A DNA stretch of 63,082 bases, counting the filler, from Reticulomyxa filosa (lineage: Eukaryota > Protista > Foraminifera): assembly GCA_000512085.1 (NCBI GenBank). It is 17 parts of 17 records of this genome, joined end to end, with 100 filler letters (N's around TTAATTAATTAA, not from the genome) between each part and the next. Parts side by side here need not be neighbours in the genome. Positions count along the whole stretch, not along the records: positions 6,633 to 12,545 come from ASPP01004668.1; positions 12,646 to 14,881 come from ASPP01001494.1; positions 14,982 to 17,613 come from ASPP01043844.1; positions 17,714 to 20,571 come from ASPP01014668.1; positions 20,672 to 25,385 come from ASPP01001203.1; 12 more parts are not named here. The stretch is one strand, 5' to 3'. The notes below the pieces were generated by a model that saw nothing but the letters and a program-made list of their open reading frames with translations, made no database searches and was not told the origin of the DNA. This document shows, in pieces, positions 11,515-24,445 of this stretch. Within the stretch, counting starts at the first letter, position 1. Each line of letters opens with the position of its first letter. Position numbers and translations under genes: made by a program.

Positions 11515-11781
11515 GTTGCTTTTTTTCTCCCTTCTAATATCAATTAAGAAAAAGTTCGAGGTTATTTTTATTTTATCTCATGTCCCTTCAAAAAAAGTTC
11601 ACACATTTTAGGGGATCTTGCATAAACATTTTTGTGTTTATTATTCAAATAAAAAGACAAAACAAAATCAGACTCAGAAACTAAACACCCTTGAAACTGA
11701 ACTTGCTAAAAAAAAAAAGAGACAATCTGAATTTAAAAAAGTAGTCGAATTACATCAATTTACAGGAGAAGGCAATAAAAA

Positions 11782-12417
11782 ATGCAATATCGATTCCAAT
11801 CGATAACATTTAATGTAAACCTACTGTACACAATGGCTCATTCAACAATGAACAGCACACAAACCAATGTGCATTGTTGAATAGGATAAAACCGCACAAC
11901 GAATCGTCCAACATGTGGGCGGACCATGCCCATTGATTGGAATATGCAACTTGCTGCTATTACGAAATGACTTTGCTATAGACTCGGAGCTAGCACTGGT
12001 TGCATTTAACCAGCTGACAAATATCCTTGGAGATATCTTGCAAAGACTACTTGCTCGGTGTGTATGTTGTTTTGGAGGGAGACAATGCAAATAAAAACTT
12101 AAATAAAAACAAATAAATACGTGAAAAGTCGGTTAGAAAGCGTGAGTTCAGACCAAGAAAGGGCAAGTGCAATAAAGAACACTGAGGACACAATGTTATT
12201 GTTTCCCCGATTGGAGGAGGGATTAGGTTCGAATTAGTGTGTTTGTGTATGTGTGTGTGTATTTGTTTGTTTAATGGGTATTCCGACAAAATGTCTTACA
12301 CAAATAGATCTGAACATAAGATTTAGAGACGCTACACAGTTTGAGTTTACACCACAAATTGCAATGTTTGATAATTTTAACATTCGTATCTACCATGGTT
12401 GGGTAGTGGACCCAGAG
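11782..12417 (+). CDS. MINDY-1/2 family (DUF544) K48 deubiquitinase, multi-exon, 3' truncated
   Basis: Spliced MQYRFQSITFN|DKTAQRIVQHVGGPCPLIGICNLLLLR (catalytic GPC Cys) and IDLNIRFRDATQFEFTPQIAMFDNFNIRIYHGWVVDPE. First intron 11815-11884 is GT-AG. Confidence 0.85.
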
Positions 12418-12499
12418 GTATTTTTTTTTTTTTTTTTATTGTTGTTGTTCGAGTAGGTCCCTTTTGACTCTATTTTTTTTTAACAAAAAAAAAAAATGA

Positions 12500-12533
<34 letters not shown>

Positions 12534-12999
12534 CCCCCCCCCCCCNNNNNNNNNNNNNNNNNNNNNNNNNNNNNNNNNNNNNNNNNNNNTTAATTAATTA
12601 ANNNNNNNNNNNNNNNNNNNNNNNNNNNNNNNNNNNNNNNNNNNNTATTTATTAAAAAAAAGATTAATCTTCTACGTTGCGTAGTTTTTGAGAAAACTCG
12701 ATTTTTTGTTAACTAAAATTTTTTTTGCAAAATTAAATGTTATTTTCAAAGTTTGTTCATTGTGAAAGTATGATCGTTTTTGGTTAATGTTTGCTTTGTC
12801 TATACTTATTCTTGGTTTTTTTACTTTTTTTGTCTAATCCAAACAAGTCAAGTTAATTCAAAAGCATAATAACTGATTTTTTTTGTGGTAATGATTCATT
12901 TTTGAATATTTTCGTTTTCACTATACACCACAGATTTTCGATTTGGTTCAGGCTGTAGAATTTATATTGAAATTCAATATTTTGATATTGTCTTGTTCA

Positions 13000-13690
13000 A
13001 ATCATTCTTTAGCTGTAATTTCTGCGTGATTAGTGGCATTGCTGAAATATACAATTTCCATTATATTCTAAACCTCAATTAATGCTTTCTTAGCATTTCA
13101 TCACATAGAATTTCTTTGTAAATATCTGCATTACACATCAATTAATGTTACATGCATAAACATGATGAACGTCAGATTCCATTTACGCACACATTAATGA
13201 CTTACACAAAATTGTTTTACAACTTTGAGCAAACTCCAGCACTGACGCAACATCTCAACATCAAGTCTTTTGTTAAAATTCTGCATGTTACCTTTTAATG
13301 TAGAAAATCAATTATCTCTATAAGGTGCCGTTTTAGGCGTCAACTTCACTTTCGAAACAAAAAGCAAATACAGTATAATGCAAAGTACATTTCTTTGATT
13401 AATTTTGATGGTCCATTTCAAATTATCTTTCAATGATTTTGACGACATTACATTTTGTATCATTACATAGTAAAAGCATTCTGTGAAATAACTTCGACTT
13501 ACAATCGATGAATCATACAAAATCTTCACAGGGAGGTTGTTGCAAATATCGTTAACATGTTCGTTTCCTTATCTGAGACTTACATACTATCTCATCATTT
13601 TGCTCTCTGTTGTTCGATACGCATTTTTGATAAATATATCCACAACGTCATTAAAATATTTGCATTATCATCTTGATCTGAAGTGATCAA
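13000..13690 (-). pseudogene. Decayed coding remnant of unknown family
   Basis: Protein-like stretches (SLKDNLKWTIKINQ, RLDVEMLRQCWSLLKVVKQFCV) broken by stops and frameshifts. Boundaries approximate. Confidence 0.3.
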
Positions 13691-14158
13691 TATGTCTCAC
13701 TCAATCGTTGTACTTTCATGATTAAACCATATAAATATCAAATCATCATAATTATTTACATTATTTATTGGTTTCATTCAATCGTGGCACAATGTGATAG
13801 TTTTCTTGTTATTTTATTTTCATTTAAACAAACAAACGAACAAACATATTCAATAAATCCTCTGGAAAATTACAATGGGATCAGATTGAAATGTGTGTTT
13901 GACGTGCTTATCATTGACAACATCTTGTTGTCAGTCTTTTTTTTTTTTGTGTCATCAATATTTGTCTCATCCAATTTCTTTAGAAAACTTTTCATGACCA
14001 AAGAAGAGAGTGTCACTTTATAAATCTTTTTTTTTTTAAGGATTTTTTTTTAAACATAAACAAAAAATTCATACAAAATAAAAAAACTCGGTGTGAAATA
14101 AAACTCAAACAAAAGCATTAAAAAACTTTAAAATCCGAAAACTAAGAAAACAAAAAAG

Positions 14159-14881
14159 ATGAGTGGAATAGAAGACGAGAAAACTCCAAAACAAACAAAT
14201 ACTGGAGTAACTCCAGTTTCTATTGAACAACAGTGTTTCGATAAAAATTGGATATTACAATTGAATCAACAAGAACAATTTGAACATGTTATTTGTTTCA
14301 TTTGCAAACAAGTTGCAAATTCTCCTATTGAAATATCCTGTCCACAACATAAAGATATTGATGAATCGACTATTGTTGGTGAAAATTGCTTGAAGCAATT
14401 CTTAAAAACCAATTCGAATTCATGTCCTATCCAACCTCATGAAAATATCGAGTACGTTCGATGTGCTGCGCTACAAAGATCTGTTGGTGTCTTGAAAGTA
14501 ATATGTCCATTACAATTCCAACGGGAATCAGAAGGACAAAATCAAATAAATGAAGGAATAGTATGTGATTTCAAAGGGAAAATTAAAGACTTGAATGATC
14601 ATTTGAATAATGTCTGTCCTTTGAAAATATCAAATTGTTGGTATAAACCATTTGGATGTGAATACAATTGCTATAAATACAAATTGAATGATCATTTGTC
14701 ATCGGAGTTCAAATTTCATTTTGACTTGGTTGTGAAATTCATTCAAACATTACAAGTTTATTTTATATTTCAGAAAATATATTAAAATCAAACAAATAAT
14801 GAAAATAAAAATAGGAAGAAATAAAACAATTGAAATCACAAATTCAAATAAATGAAAATAATTCAATATTAATGAATGAAA
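14159..14881 (+). CDS. RING-like plus TRAF-type zinc finger protein of an expanded family, 3' truncated
   Basis: CFICKQVANSPIEISCPQH...GENCLKQFL...CPIQPH, CDFKGKIKDLNDHLNNVC, CWYKPFGC...HL. Intron 14756-14814 is followed by coiled-coil EEIKQLKSQI. Confidence 0.85.
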
Positions 14882-14981
14882 NNNNNNNNNNNNNNNNNNN
14901 NNNNNNNNNNNNNNNNNNNNNNNNNTTAATTAATTAANNNNNNNNNNNNNNNNNNNNNNNNNNNNNNNNNNNNNNNNNNNN

Positions 14982-15545
14982 AAAAAAAAAATTGCAAACA
15001 AAACCTCTACTTCTTTGCTCCAGAATCAGAACAAAAAGCACCACAAATACAAAACTAAGCGCTTATATCTGATTGATACAAACAGAAATACTAATTTCAA
15101 ATAAGTAATGCTACAAATTAAGCCAGCATAGACGCTTTCACCATATTTGTTCAATCGCCTGTAACTGGAAAAAAGCAAAGTACGAACTATTCTTAACACT
15201 GATGAACCAAGTATAAATTTTGGGGGAAAAGCCTGGCTAAAAAAAACTCTTAGTTTTAATCTGATGTTGAACATCATTAACGAATCCTCAGAAGAAGAAG
15301 TCAATGCTAAAAATAATGTTGCATTAAAATTGACAACATTTGTATATGACCAACTTTGTAAATTCAATCCAAAAGAAATGAAAGGACATGCTATTTATGT
15401 AATTTTATTTGAATATTTCAAAAAGCATATTATGGGCATAATGAATCCAGCAAGTTGTGCTGATGTCATATCGATAATTAAAAGAATCAAGGAAACAAGA
15501 ATTAGAAGAAGATACAACGATGTCACAAGCTCTTGAAACGTACAC
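14982..15545 (+). pseudogene. Pseudogene fragment of an expanded hypothetical family
   Basis: Reading frame KIANKTS...NFK*VMLQIKPA*TLSPYLFNRL*LEKSK...KGHAIYVILFEYFKKHIMGIMNPASCADVISI has three in-frame stops and a later frameshift (KESRKQELEEDTTMSQALETY). Confidence 0.65.
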
Positions 15546-16472
15546 TTGCTCAATTTTCAGCTGACGGTAGTACAATTGTATCTGGTTCATCTGATAAAAC
15601 TATTCAATTGTGGGATGCGTTATCTGGGAAACATCTTCTATCGTTATATGGTCATTCACATGGTATCTATTCCGTTCAATTTTCTCCTGATAACAAAAAA
15701 ATTGTATCTTGGTTCAGCTGATAGTACTATTCGATTGTGGGATACATTATATGGGAACCAACTTTTATGTTTAAAGGGCCATTCAGATATTGTCTATTCT
15801 GTTGGATTCTCTCCTGATGGTAGCAAACTTGTGTCCGGTTCAGAAGATAAAACCATTCGGCTCTGGGATCCGTTATCTGGAAAACAACTTCTTATTTTAG
15901 AGGGTCATTCAAGTATTGTTTATTCTGTTCAATTTTCACATGATGGCAATAGGATTGTATCTGGCTCAGCTGATAAAACCATTCGACTGTGGGATGTATC
16001 ATCTGGAAAACAGCTTTTATCTTTGAAAGGCCATTTTGATGTTGTTTATTCTGTCCATTTCTCATCTGATGGTGAGAAAATTGTATCTAGCTCAGCAGAT
16101 AAAACTATTCGTTTGTGGGATGCGTTATCTGGAAAACAACTCCAATGTTTGGAAGGTCATTCGAAAGCTGTTAGATGCGCTCACCTTTCATTCGATGGTA
16201 ACAAAATTGTCTCTGGTTCATGGGATACAACCATTCGATTGTGGAGTCTATCTTCCACTCGTGATGATATTTCAAGTAATTCAAGTTTGATTCATCCTTC
16301 GGCAGATGATAAACAACCTTTATCAGATGTACAAAACGGAAAGTCTTTTTCGTGCAAATGCATTTGGCAAGGTGGTAGTTGTTTATCATTAACAGGCAGT
16401 ACTTGGAAAGATGCAAAAGGTTTAACTCTTTTGCAAAAGTCTGTTGTTGAACGATATGGTGGAGCGTTTTAA
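15546..16472 (+). pseudogene. WD40-repeat gene (about six 42-aa repeats), 5' end missing, +1 frameshift near 15709
   Basis: Repeated LxGHSxxVYSVxFSxDGxKIVSGSxDKTIRLWD units. Begins mid-repeat; KIVSWFS replaces KIVSGS because of an extra T. Confidence 0.8.
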
Positions 16473-17139
16473 GCTTTTATCTTTTAATGAAAAATAATTG
16501 CTTTGTAATTTTTTGTAAAATATCGGTTCGTTTTTTGCTTGACTAGGTATTCATACTGTTGCCGCTTTGTAATACAAAAGATTTGTATAGTACAAAGAGT
16601 TCTTTTTCTGCTTAATATTTACAAGTTCTATCACAAGTACATTTGTTTGAACTAAAAAGAAAGTTAACAAATATTTCACTCATTGTTATTAGAACTAAAA
16701 ACAAAACAATGTAAGCATTTCATTTGCAAACAACTTTATAGGCATAGAGTCTTCCTTTATCCAGTTGACAACTGCGTAGTTTTTTATTCAAACTCCCAAT
16801 TTTGATCAACATTCCGTTGTTTATTCCTGGTAAGCTAAGACAATCAATCTTTTCTAATTCCTTTAACCATGACGTTTCCATTCAAAAGACAACCAAGTCA
16901 GAACAATTGTAAAGTGCATTTCTTTTTTCTGCTTCCCTCAACAACAAAGAAAAAAACACAAACAATAAAAAAAAAGGCAACATTGGTGGATTGCAAATTA
17001 CGGATGAATGGGAACTTAGTGTAAATTCTGTGCAATTTCTCGAAATGATTTTTGAAGGTACCGCACATTCGCGCATTTGCGTTTCTCTTCCTTTTTTTTT
17101 TTTAACTTGAAACGCAAATATGAAAAAAAAAAAAAAGTT

Positions 17140-17613
17140 ATGCAGAGGCAGCCAGATATTGACAACTTTGAATTTAACGATTGTGGCATATTTACAGAAA
17201 CACAAGATGACGTGTACATTAAAGTTTGTATAAGTGCATATTCCTACTATACCTTTTTTTTTTTACGTAAAAAAATATATAGTGAACCACTTATGCAATA
17301 ATAATATCCACTCACTAGACTAAAGAAATAATGTATTTATTCGCGCGCAGTGGTGCAAATATATCGTTTCTTGTAAATGAATTACCTGTTAAACTTGCAG
17401 GAGGCATGCAAGATGGATCAAAGACAGGAAATTATGAAGCGGAAATGAAGGCATTGGTGAAGTTGTATGGTGATGTAGTCAAAGAAGATATATTGAGAAA
17501 AAAACTCGAACAAAGCAATGGAAACGTGTCAGTGGTGATTGATCAAATCACAACTACATTACTGAATCAGAATGTTATTTATACTTTCTACAATATATGC
17601 ATATATACATATA
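17140..17613 (+). CDS. N-terminal exons of an expanded hypothetical family, 3' truncated
   Basis: Exon 17140-17223, intron 17224-17318 (GT-AG, frame kept), then [12 protein letters not shown]...LAGGMQ...[32 protein letters not shown]. Confidence 0.6.
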
Positions 17614-17713
17614 NNNNNNNNNNNNNNNNNNNNNNNNNNNNNNNNNNNNNNNNNNNNTTAATTAATTAANNNNNNNNNNNNNNNNNNNNNNNNNNNNNNN
17701 NNNNNNNNNNNNN

Positions 17714-18106
17714 TAAATTGAATCTGTAGCTAATATAAAGTGAAAACATGAGCTGAATCCAAAGCACAAAATGCGCGGTTCCAAAAAAAGAATGACAATA
17801 ACATCGGACCAAATCATTCAAATGCAGTTTGCTGTCGTTGTAATACCCTCGCCTTTTTAATCGCTTCCATATCATTAGCAACAATAATGTGTAGGAAAAT
17901 ATCAATGGAAAGAACAACACATTGCCCCAGTATCCACGTGTCAAAGCCAACGAAAATGCACAGACAAAGTAATAAAACAATATTGCACCGTACCAAAAAG
18001 CTGAGGCTTTGTGAGAATCTGGGGTGTCTGAAGGAGGAGCAATCGTTCCATGATGCTTATCTATCGCACTTTTGCAAGGACAGAAATATTCGAGACTCGA
18101 AAGCAT
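17714..18106 (-). CDS. Multi-pass membrane protein fragment, 3' truncated
   Basis: Open frame with three hydrophobic segments (FWYGAILFYYFVCAFSLAL, NVLFFPLIFSYTLLLLMIW, FVLWIQLMFSLYI). Confidence 0.5.
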
Positions 18107-18808
18107 CTCACTTGATTATTTTTTTAAAAAAAAAATGGGATTTTCTTTTTTGTTGAAAACGTTGTACCTTTTAACTTGTTTGTAAGTTTTTCTAATTCGA
18201 TTCAAAACTTTTTTAAAATGGACCATATACATGTTGAAAAATTTTTTAGTATGTTTTCATTTTTCTTTTTTTTTTTTGCAGATAGTATAATAGTGCAGTG
18301 CAAACACAAGAAATTTAAAAGCTTTGTAAAAAGTTTCACTGAAATTATTACAAAAGAAAGACATGCAGTTTTTAATGCAAACTCCAAAGCCATTGAGAAA
18401 TGTTTGTGGATACACAAAATGGCTCCGATCACCTTGCGAAAAAGAGTTGCCAACATCATTGCTGTTTGTCTGTTTAAAATGTCCAATTGTATATTTAATG
18501 AAAGAAAAAACAAAGAGTCCATTTTTTTGAACTCGTACTTTTTTTTTTTTAAACAACAAAATGAAACTTCATAAAGAAAGGAAAAGAGAGAATACGGGTA
18601 CAACAGCAAATAAAGTGAAGCACATTAGTTGCGTGATGTCACTATTTATTGTATTTTATTATTATTTTTTTAATATATGTATTCATAATTGTATATTTGT
18701 TTCCCCTCCTCCTCCTCCTCCTCTATAAAAAAAATGTTTGTTAGGTTGTAAAGTTTTAAATAATTTTTGAAGCAGAAATCAGAAATCAGACACCAAGTTG
18801 TAAACCAA

Positions 18809-19776
18809 TTAAGTTTGTTTGGCCAATAAGTTGCAAGTGGAGGGAGGTACAACCCATTCGCTCCAGCACTGTTTCAGCCATCCGACCGCATCATCGGTCC
18901 ATGAACTAGTGTTGGGATTGTGTATGTGTTCGAGAGAAGCGTGCATGTCACCCCCAGCCCAGTGTTGCCGTACGACCACCAAAGCGCCAATGCCAATGGT
19001 AGTGCAAACAATGACTTGCGACAAAGTGATATTGAAATTGGATGTTGTCGTATTGTTGAGCGTGCTCGATGATGTAGGAAGAGTACTCCATATTTCGGAA
19101 TTGGTACCTCGAGGTGTGGCTTTATTACTTATTGTGTCATGTGATTTATTATGTTTTATTATTATTTATTGTAATATTAATATATACATTATACATATAT
19201 ATATATATATATGTATAATGTATATATTAATATTACAATAAATAATAATAAAACATGAAAAACAAAAAAAAAAAAAAAAAAAAGAAAGACCTGTTGGCTG
19301 CTCGCAGTGAATAAGGCTTCAATCGTCCCAAATTGGGCTTTGCCAAAACGGCCCTTTTTCCCGAGGGCAAGATGATGACATCGTGACTGGAAAAAGTTTG
19401 CGGTTCGTTTAAACTGGACAAAGACTTGGAGACATTGATCACAGTGAAGTCTTTGGAAAGGGCATTGTCATTCTCTTTTTCTTCGTTTGGACGACTCAAA
19501 TGAGACTGCTGCACGTCTTCGACGTCGTCGGCATTGCCGCCAGTCGTGGTCGCAAACGAGTAGTTGGTGGTGGCGATATCGTCATTCTTTTTTTTTTTGG
19601 AAGGGTCTTTGGGCTCATTATTATTTTTATCGGCGGCATTGCTCATCATTGGCACCGATTGTGTTCGAAGCATCGTCTGAGATGTGTTGGTTTTGGGTTG
19701 TTGCTTAAACATTTGCAGCAGTCGATTTATTTCTAAAGACGCATCAACATTATCATTATTTGCAGTATTATTGTTA

Positions 19777-19847
<71 letters not shown>

Positions 19848-20571
19848 GGTAATAGATGAATCACTACTTTTTCGAGAAGCATTTAAATGGAAAGAGTCTT
19901 TCATTTCTATTGAATCTTTGCTTGCATGTCTGCCTATAACAATTAAAAATAATATACTTAATATATATATGTACATATATATATATTAAGTATATTAACT
20001 TCGATTGAAATGATCATCTTCCAAATCACTCATTCGCTCATCCAAATTAGAGTTCCAAATGTCTGTGGTAACATTGGGCGTGGAGACATTGGCGGGAAGT
20101 ACGGTGGTCATGTTGGCAGTGGACAGAAATGGGCCTGTGTGAAGCGACGGGTCTTGGTCGTTCTTGGCATCATCCGAGATGAAGGACTGAGGCAGCGTGT
20201 CGTCGATCAAGTGCACCAAGTGGTCTTCGCTGGGGATTCGCAGCATCTCGTCATTTCTGACGCGCACAAAGTGGTATTTGCGATTGAACAAGTATTCGAC
20301 TTCCAAGTGTTTGGAGGAGGCCAGATGGCGGTTGCGATTGGTGACGTCAAAGGGAAGGGGGTCATAAAAACCCGGCAGACGATTCTTGTCGTAGTTGTCT
20401 TCGATTGTTATGCATCCACCTTGCGACCCTCGGTCCAACACCAAGCATTGCATTGCGTCTGTTACGTCAATCATATAGTTTTGTTCCTGTTCTTCTCTAT
20501 TCATTTTCGGTATATCAAATGCACTTCTCGATTTACCATTAGCGTCCAAGGCCATGAATGACAACTCCTCT
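18809..20571 (-). CDS. DNAJC11: DNAJC11-like protein (C-terminal DUF3395 domain) with long low-complexity extension and terminal hydrophobic helix, 5' truncated
   Basis: MIDVTDAMQCLV...LPGFYDP...HLEVEYLFNRKYHFVRVRNDEMLRIPSEDHL matches the DNAJC11 tail (IDVTVPLQCLV...LPGFYDPC...LKVLYQFRG..HQV.V.DSEALRIP). Two GT-AG introns keep the frame to the stop at 18809. Confidence 0.75.
19769..19847. repeat. (AAT)n microsatellite encoding poly-Asn
   Basis: Direct reading. Similar coding triplet runs at 10633-10680, 33988-34032, 9741-9801 (poly-Ser) and about 54515-54575 (poly-Glu). Confidence 0.95.
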
Positions 20572-21283
20572 NNNNNNNNNNNNNNNNNNNNNNNNNNNNN
20601 NNNNNNNNNNNNNNNTTAATTAATTAANNNNNNNNNNNNNNNNNNNNNNNNNNNNNNNNNNNNNNNNNNNNTTTTTTTTTTTGTTTGCTTGTTTATATTA
20701 TATCTCATCTTTTTTTTTGATAGAAAGATCAAATAAGGCTCACGTTTGACTAGGTCGAATATCCACAATTACACACATTCCTGAGGAAGCTATGACCACT
20801 TTCATTTTTTCTCTTTGCTTCTGAATATTATATTTTGTTTCTTTAAGGATTTTCGATTAAAAATAATTATTGACAATCTTACAGCAATAATGAATCATAT
20901 TTAACTTGACAGTTTTAGTTTGGGCCTTTGGGTGCTGGCACAAATCGTCCACATCTTCCATCGTTTATTTTTAATATTGTTTATAAAGTCCCTTTACTGC
21001 CTAAATGTTGCCAATTGATGGATATTAAATGATAAATTATTAAAAAGTTGTATCGATAACTAACTGTGAGAGAGAACATAAAATTGCAAGATAGCGAGAA
21101 AAAAAAACAATATACCAAATCATTCCAGGTATATTTGCATGACTAGACGCTTTTTCTTTTTCTTTCAATTTACTGTATCGTTTTAATAGAAAAGAAACAA
21201 ATAAAAGGGTTTTCACGTCGGAAAAGCTTCTTGTTTCTTCCGTTTCTTTGTGTCTTATCAGTCCTCAGCAAGTCTATTGCACC

Positions 21284-22658
21284 ATGTCTGCGCCTGATAT
21301 TACCAAAATCTTAAAAAAAGAGGATTTATCTTTTTCCACAGAAAACGTGACGTTTAAGATCGAAAAATGGGACACAGAGGAAGACCAGACATTGTCGTAT
21401 ATTCCTACTTACACCGTACCGATGATAATAAATACGACACAAGGTGCGAGACAAATATAAAAGATGATGCCAAAGTGATAACTCAAGGGAGGCTTTCAAG
21501 ATTGAAAGAGTTGAGCGAGCATCCAGAAGAAAAGCTGTCGTATGATCAAAAAAATGAAAAAAAAAGGATCATTCGACTGGAGAAAAACCGTCGAGCAGCA
21601 GTAGTGTCTCGGCGCAAGAAAAAAATGTATATAAAAAATTTAGAAGAACGAGCCGCACGGATGGCCAAACATATAGCAATACTGGAAATGGAAAACAATC
21701 AATTTCGTGGTATTATCCATCAGCTGTCCAATCAACTAGGCAGTTATTTACCATTTACCACTGTTGGGCAAGGTATACCTCCTAGTGTTCCCTTGTCATC
21801 CGACACCTTGCCAGCTAATCTTGCTGATCATTCGGTTTCTTCATTTACTGAAAACACATCGAGTTTATATATGCATATACATACATATATGTAAATTGGT
21901 TAAGTATTCTATTTTTTGAAGCAGAAAATGAAATGCTTGAGATTCGATAATAAAGCAACATCAAAATTAAATGGGTAGGTGTTGCTGGAATTAACGACGG
22001 AATGTTTTCTTCGAATAGCCGCAGCAACAGTATGAGCAAAACTGGGAGCATCGACCCAAATGCAGCAACTGCCAATGTGAAGTCTGCCACTGAAGTACGT
22101 GCGAATCTCTCAAACTCCTGTCTTCACCGGTCTATGTCCAAAGCACCATCTGTAGGTATTGACGATGCAGATATACATGGGCATGGCTCCATTTATGCAA
22201 GCTGTGGCGTTGCTGCTGCAAGATATCATATTCGCTCAAATCCAAATATGATTGCTATTGGCGGTGCAATGGACACATTTGTGCCGATGCAAGTTGACAG
22301 TGAATGGACACAAGGAAGAGATTATGGGCAGGAGGGAGAAGAAGAAGGAATAGAGAAGAAAGAGGAAGAGGAAGAAGAAGAGAGTGAAGAATGTTTAGAG
22401 TTTCAACATGTTCAAAATAATAATGTAAATATTTCATCTTTGAATGTGTTACCAAACAAATCCTTGGACGCCAAGTTTTCGGCGCAAATGTTTCCTCCTT
22501 TGGAGTCGATGCATCGGTTTAATTCCTTTATGCCAACTCGTACCAACCTATCTAGAGATTCTCTTCCAAATGCATCTTCATATTGTCGTCCAGTAGTTCT
22601 ATCGCTACCTTCTCAAACTTCAACAACATGTTCAATCGCAATTGCTGATGAACGATAG
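21284..22658 (+). CDS. bZIP transcription factor (one intron; 5' end frameshifted or starting at 21367)
   Basis: KKRIIRLEKNRRAAVVSRRKKKMYIKNLEERAARMAKHIAILEMENNQFR is a basic region plus heptads. An intron at about 21863-21978 joins it to ORF 22002-22658. Confidence 0.88.
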
Positions 22659-23177
22659 CATACAATCGAATGAACACTATTCTTCCTTAGGAAAAAAAAA
22701 TGCTTCTTTGGTGATCGAATTCAAATCTTTTTTGATGTTACTTTTTTTTGTATGAGCTAATTAATTGTGTGTGTGCCAATGTAGGCTTTACATTATCTTT
22801 AACTTATTATTTACAAGGAGATGTTTTTATTTTAAAAATGTTTTTGTTTTCATTTGAAATTGGCGTAATTGTAATGAATGCACAAAAGCACAGAACATAT
22901 GAAACCACAAAACAATTCACAATTGCACACATGTATGTTCTTCTTGATCTTCAAACAACTCCGTTTTACAACTTCCATTATCTGAGTAGATTTAAAGAAA
23001 ACAGCCCATTCAAAGATTAATTTTTTGAGTAATTTGAACTTTTTTTTTGTTTCCCCCATTGTCGAAAGAGTATACTAGCAATAAGTTACTGTTTATTCAG
23101 AACGAAAGAAAAGATTAAAAAAATCAGACACAAAAAAAAAAAAATCAAGAACAATTAATCCCATAAAAAAAAGATGG

Positions 23178-23870
23178 CTAGCCAATTCTGTTCATTGTTC
23201 TATTTTGTGACTTGAGTCGGCCTTGGACTATATCTATGTTTTCGGAAATATTCTCAGTGACTTCACTTTGCTCAGTTAGCTCAGAATTGATATCGTGTGC
23301 AATGGTCTGCAGCCTTTTCACTCCTTGCAATACCTGATCGAGTTGCTCGTCTGTTTCCGTTGGCATATCATCGTCAGATTGTTTAGTGTCCCTTCGAAGT
23401 TGTTGTTTTTCGAGTACGGCTTGTTTTGTAAACTTTTGATCTGATGACTGGGTTACTGGTGATTGATACTCTTTCATTTTTGGGGGCCTTTCGAAACCAA
23501 TTGGATATTTGTCCGCTCCATGATTTCATACCACGTAAAATATATTCCGTGTGTGTCAAGTGTTCGCCCGTTTCGTGTAATGTACGATCAATTCTTTCCA
23601 ATTGTTCTTTTTTTTTAATTAAAAAAAAATTATGTTTCTCCCCCTTTCGAACTCTTTCTGCCACGTTCAAAGTATTTATTAACACAGTTAAAATTTTTTT
23701 TTTAAAAAAACTTCTTTGTTCATATAATTTTGAGGCAGTATCGGTCGCTGTTTCTTCCGTTTCGTTCAACAATTGTAATGATTTTCGAAGTATCTCAGTT
23801 TGTGTGTTTTGCACTTGCATTTGCTTTTCTTCATACGTCCAAGTCTTTTGACTTCCTGGTTCCGCGTTGG
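23178..23870 (-). CDS. Qbc-SNARE, SNAP-25/SNAP-29/Sec9 family; start uncertain, +1 frameshift at 23477-23486
   Basis: Two SNARE motifs: SLQLLNETEETATDTASKLYEQRKQLERIDRTLHETGEHLTHTEYILRGMKSWSG and DEQLDQVLQGVKRLQTIAHDINSELTEQSEVTENI. No TM helix. Intron 23607-23711. Confidence 0.85.
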
Positions 23871-24445
23871 CTTCTCTTTTTTTTTACCCGTACAGGGTGT
23901 TAAACAATCAAACCTATATTTTCTCTCAACGTTTTTTTTGGTCAAGAACTTTACCCGCTCCAGTTGTAACGCTCGCTTTTGTTCAAGTCTGAGCATGATT
24001 TGACAGTTCTGAATCCCTTATCATTATCATACGCTTTACCATTATGTGCAAAAGACATTAGTGTATGCCGATAAATTATTTTTTGGGATAAATTTTATTC
24101 GAGCGACTTTGTCAACCAAGAAAGGCCACGCTTTTTCAAGTATCCTTGTATCCATTTTAAGGGTTCTGTTGTCTTTAAACACTTGGAACACAAGTGTCCA
24201 ATTCATTAAATGTAAAACAGTTTTATTTTTGTGTGACTTATTTTAAAAAATGAAACATGATCTGAAGCTGTGATTTAAACTTACAGTGAAGACTAGTGCC
24301 TATTAACTCAATCACAAAGAATCAAAAGCATGTTTGAAACAGCTTTGGGCAGATTAAATTAGAGAGCGGCAACATTCAATTACTAGGAAGCAAACGTATT
24401 CCCCTTTTTAACGAGGCCACCCCGCTACATATTCCACAAAATAAA

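Noticed and set aside
15100-15170. In-frame TAA/TAG suggesting a ciliate-like stop-to-Gln genetic code
   Set aside because: Long conserved genes (threonine aldolase, MsrA, HIBADH) have no internal stops and end in TAA or TAG. The stops are confined to decayed copies.
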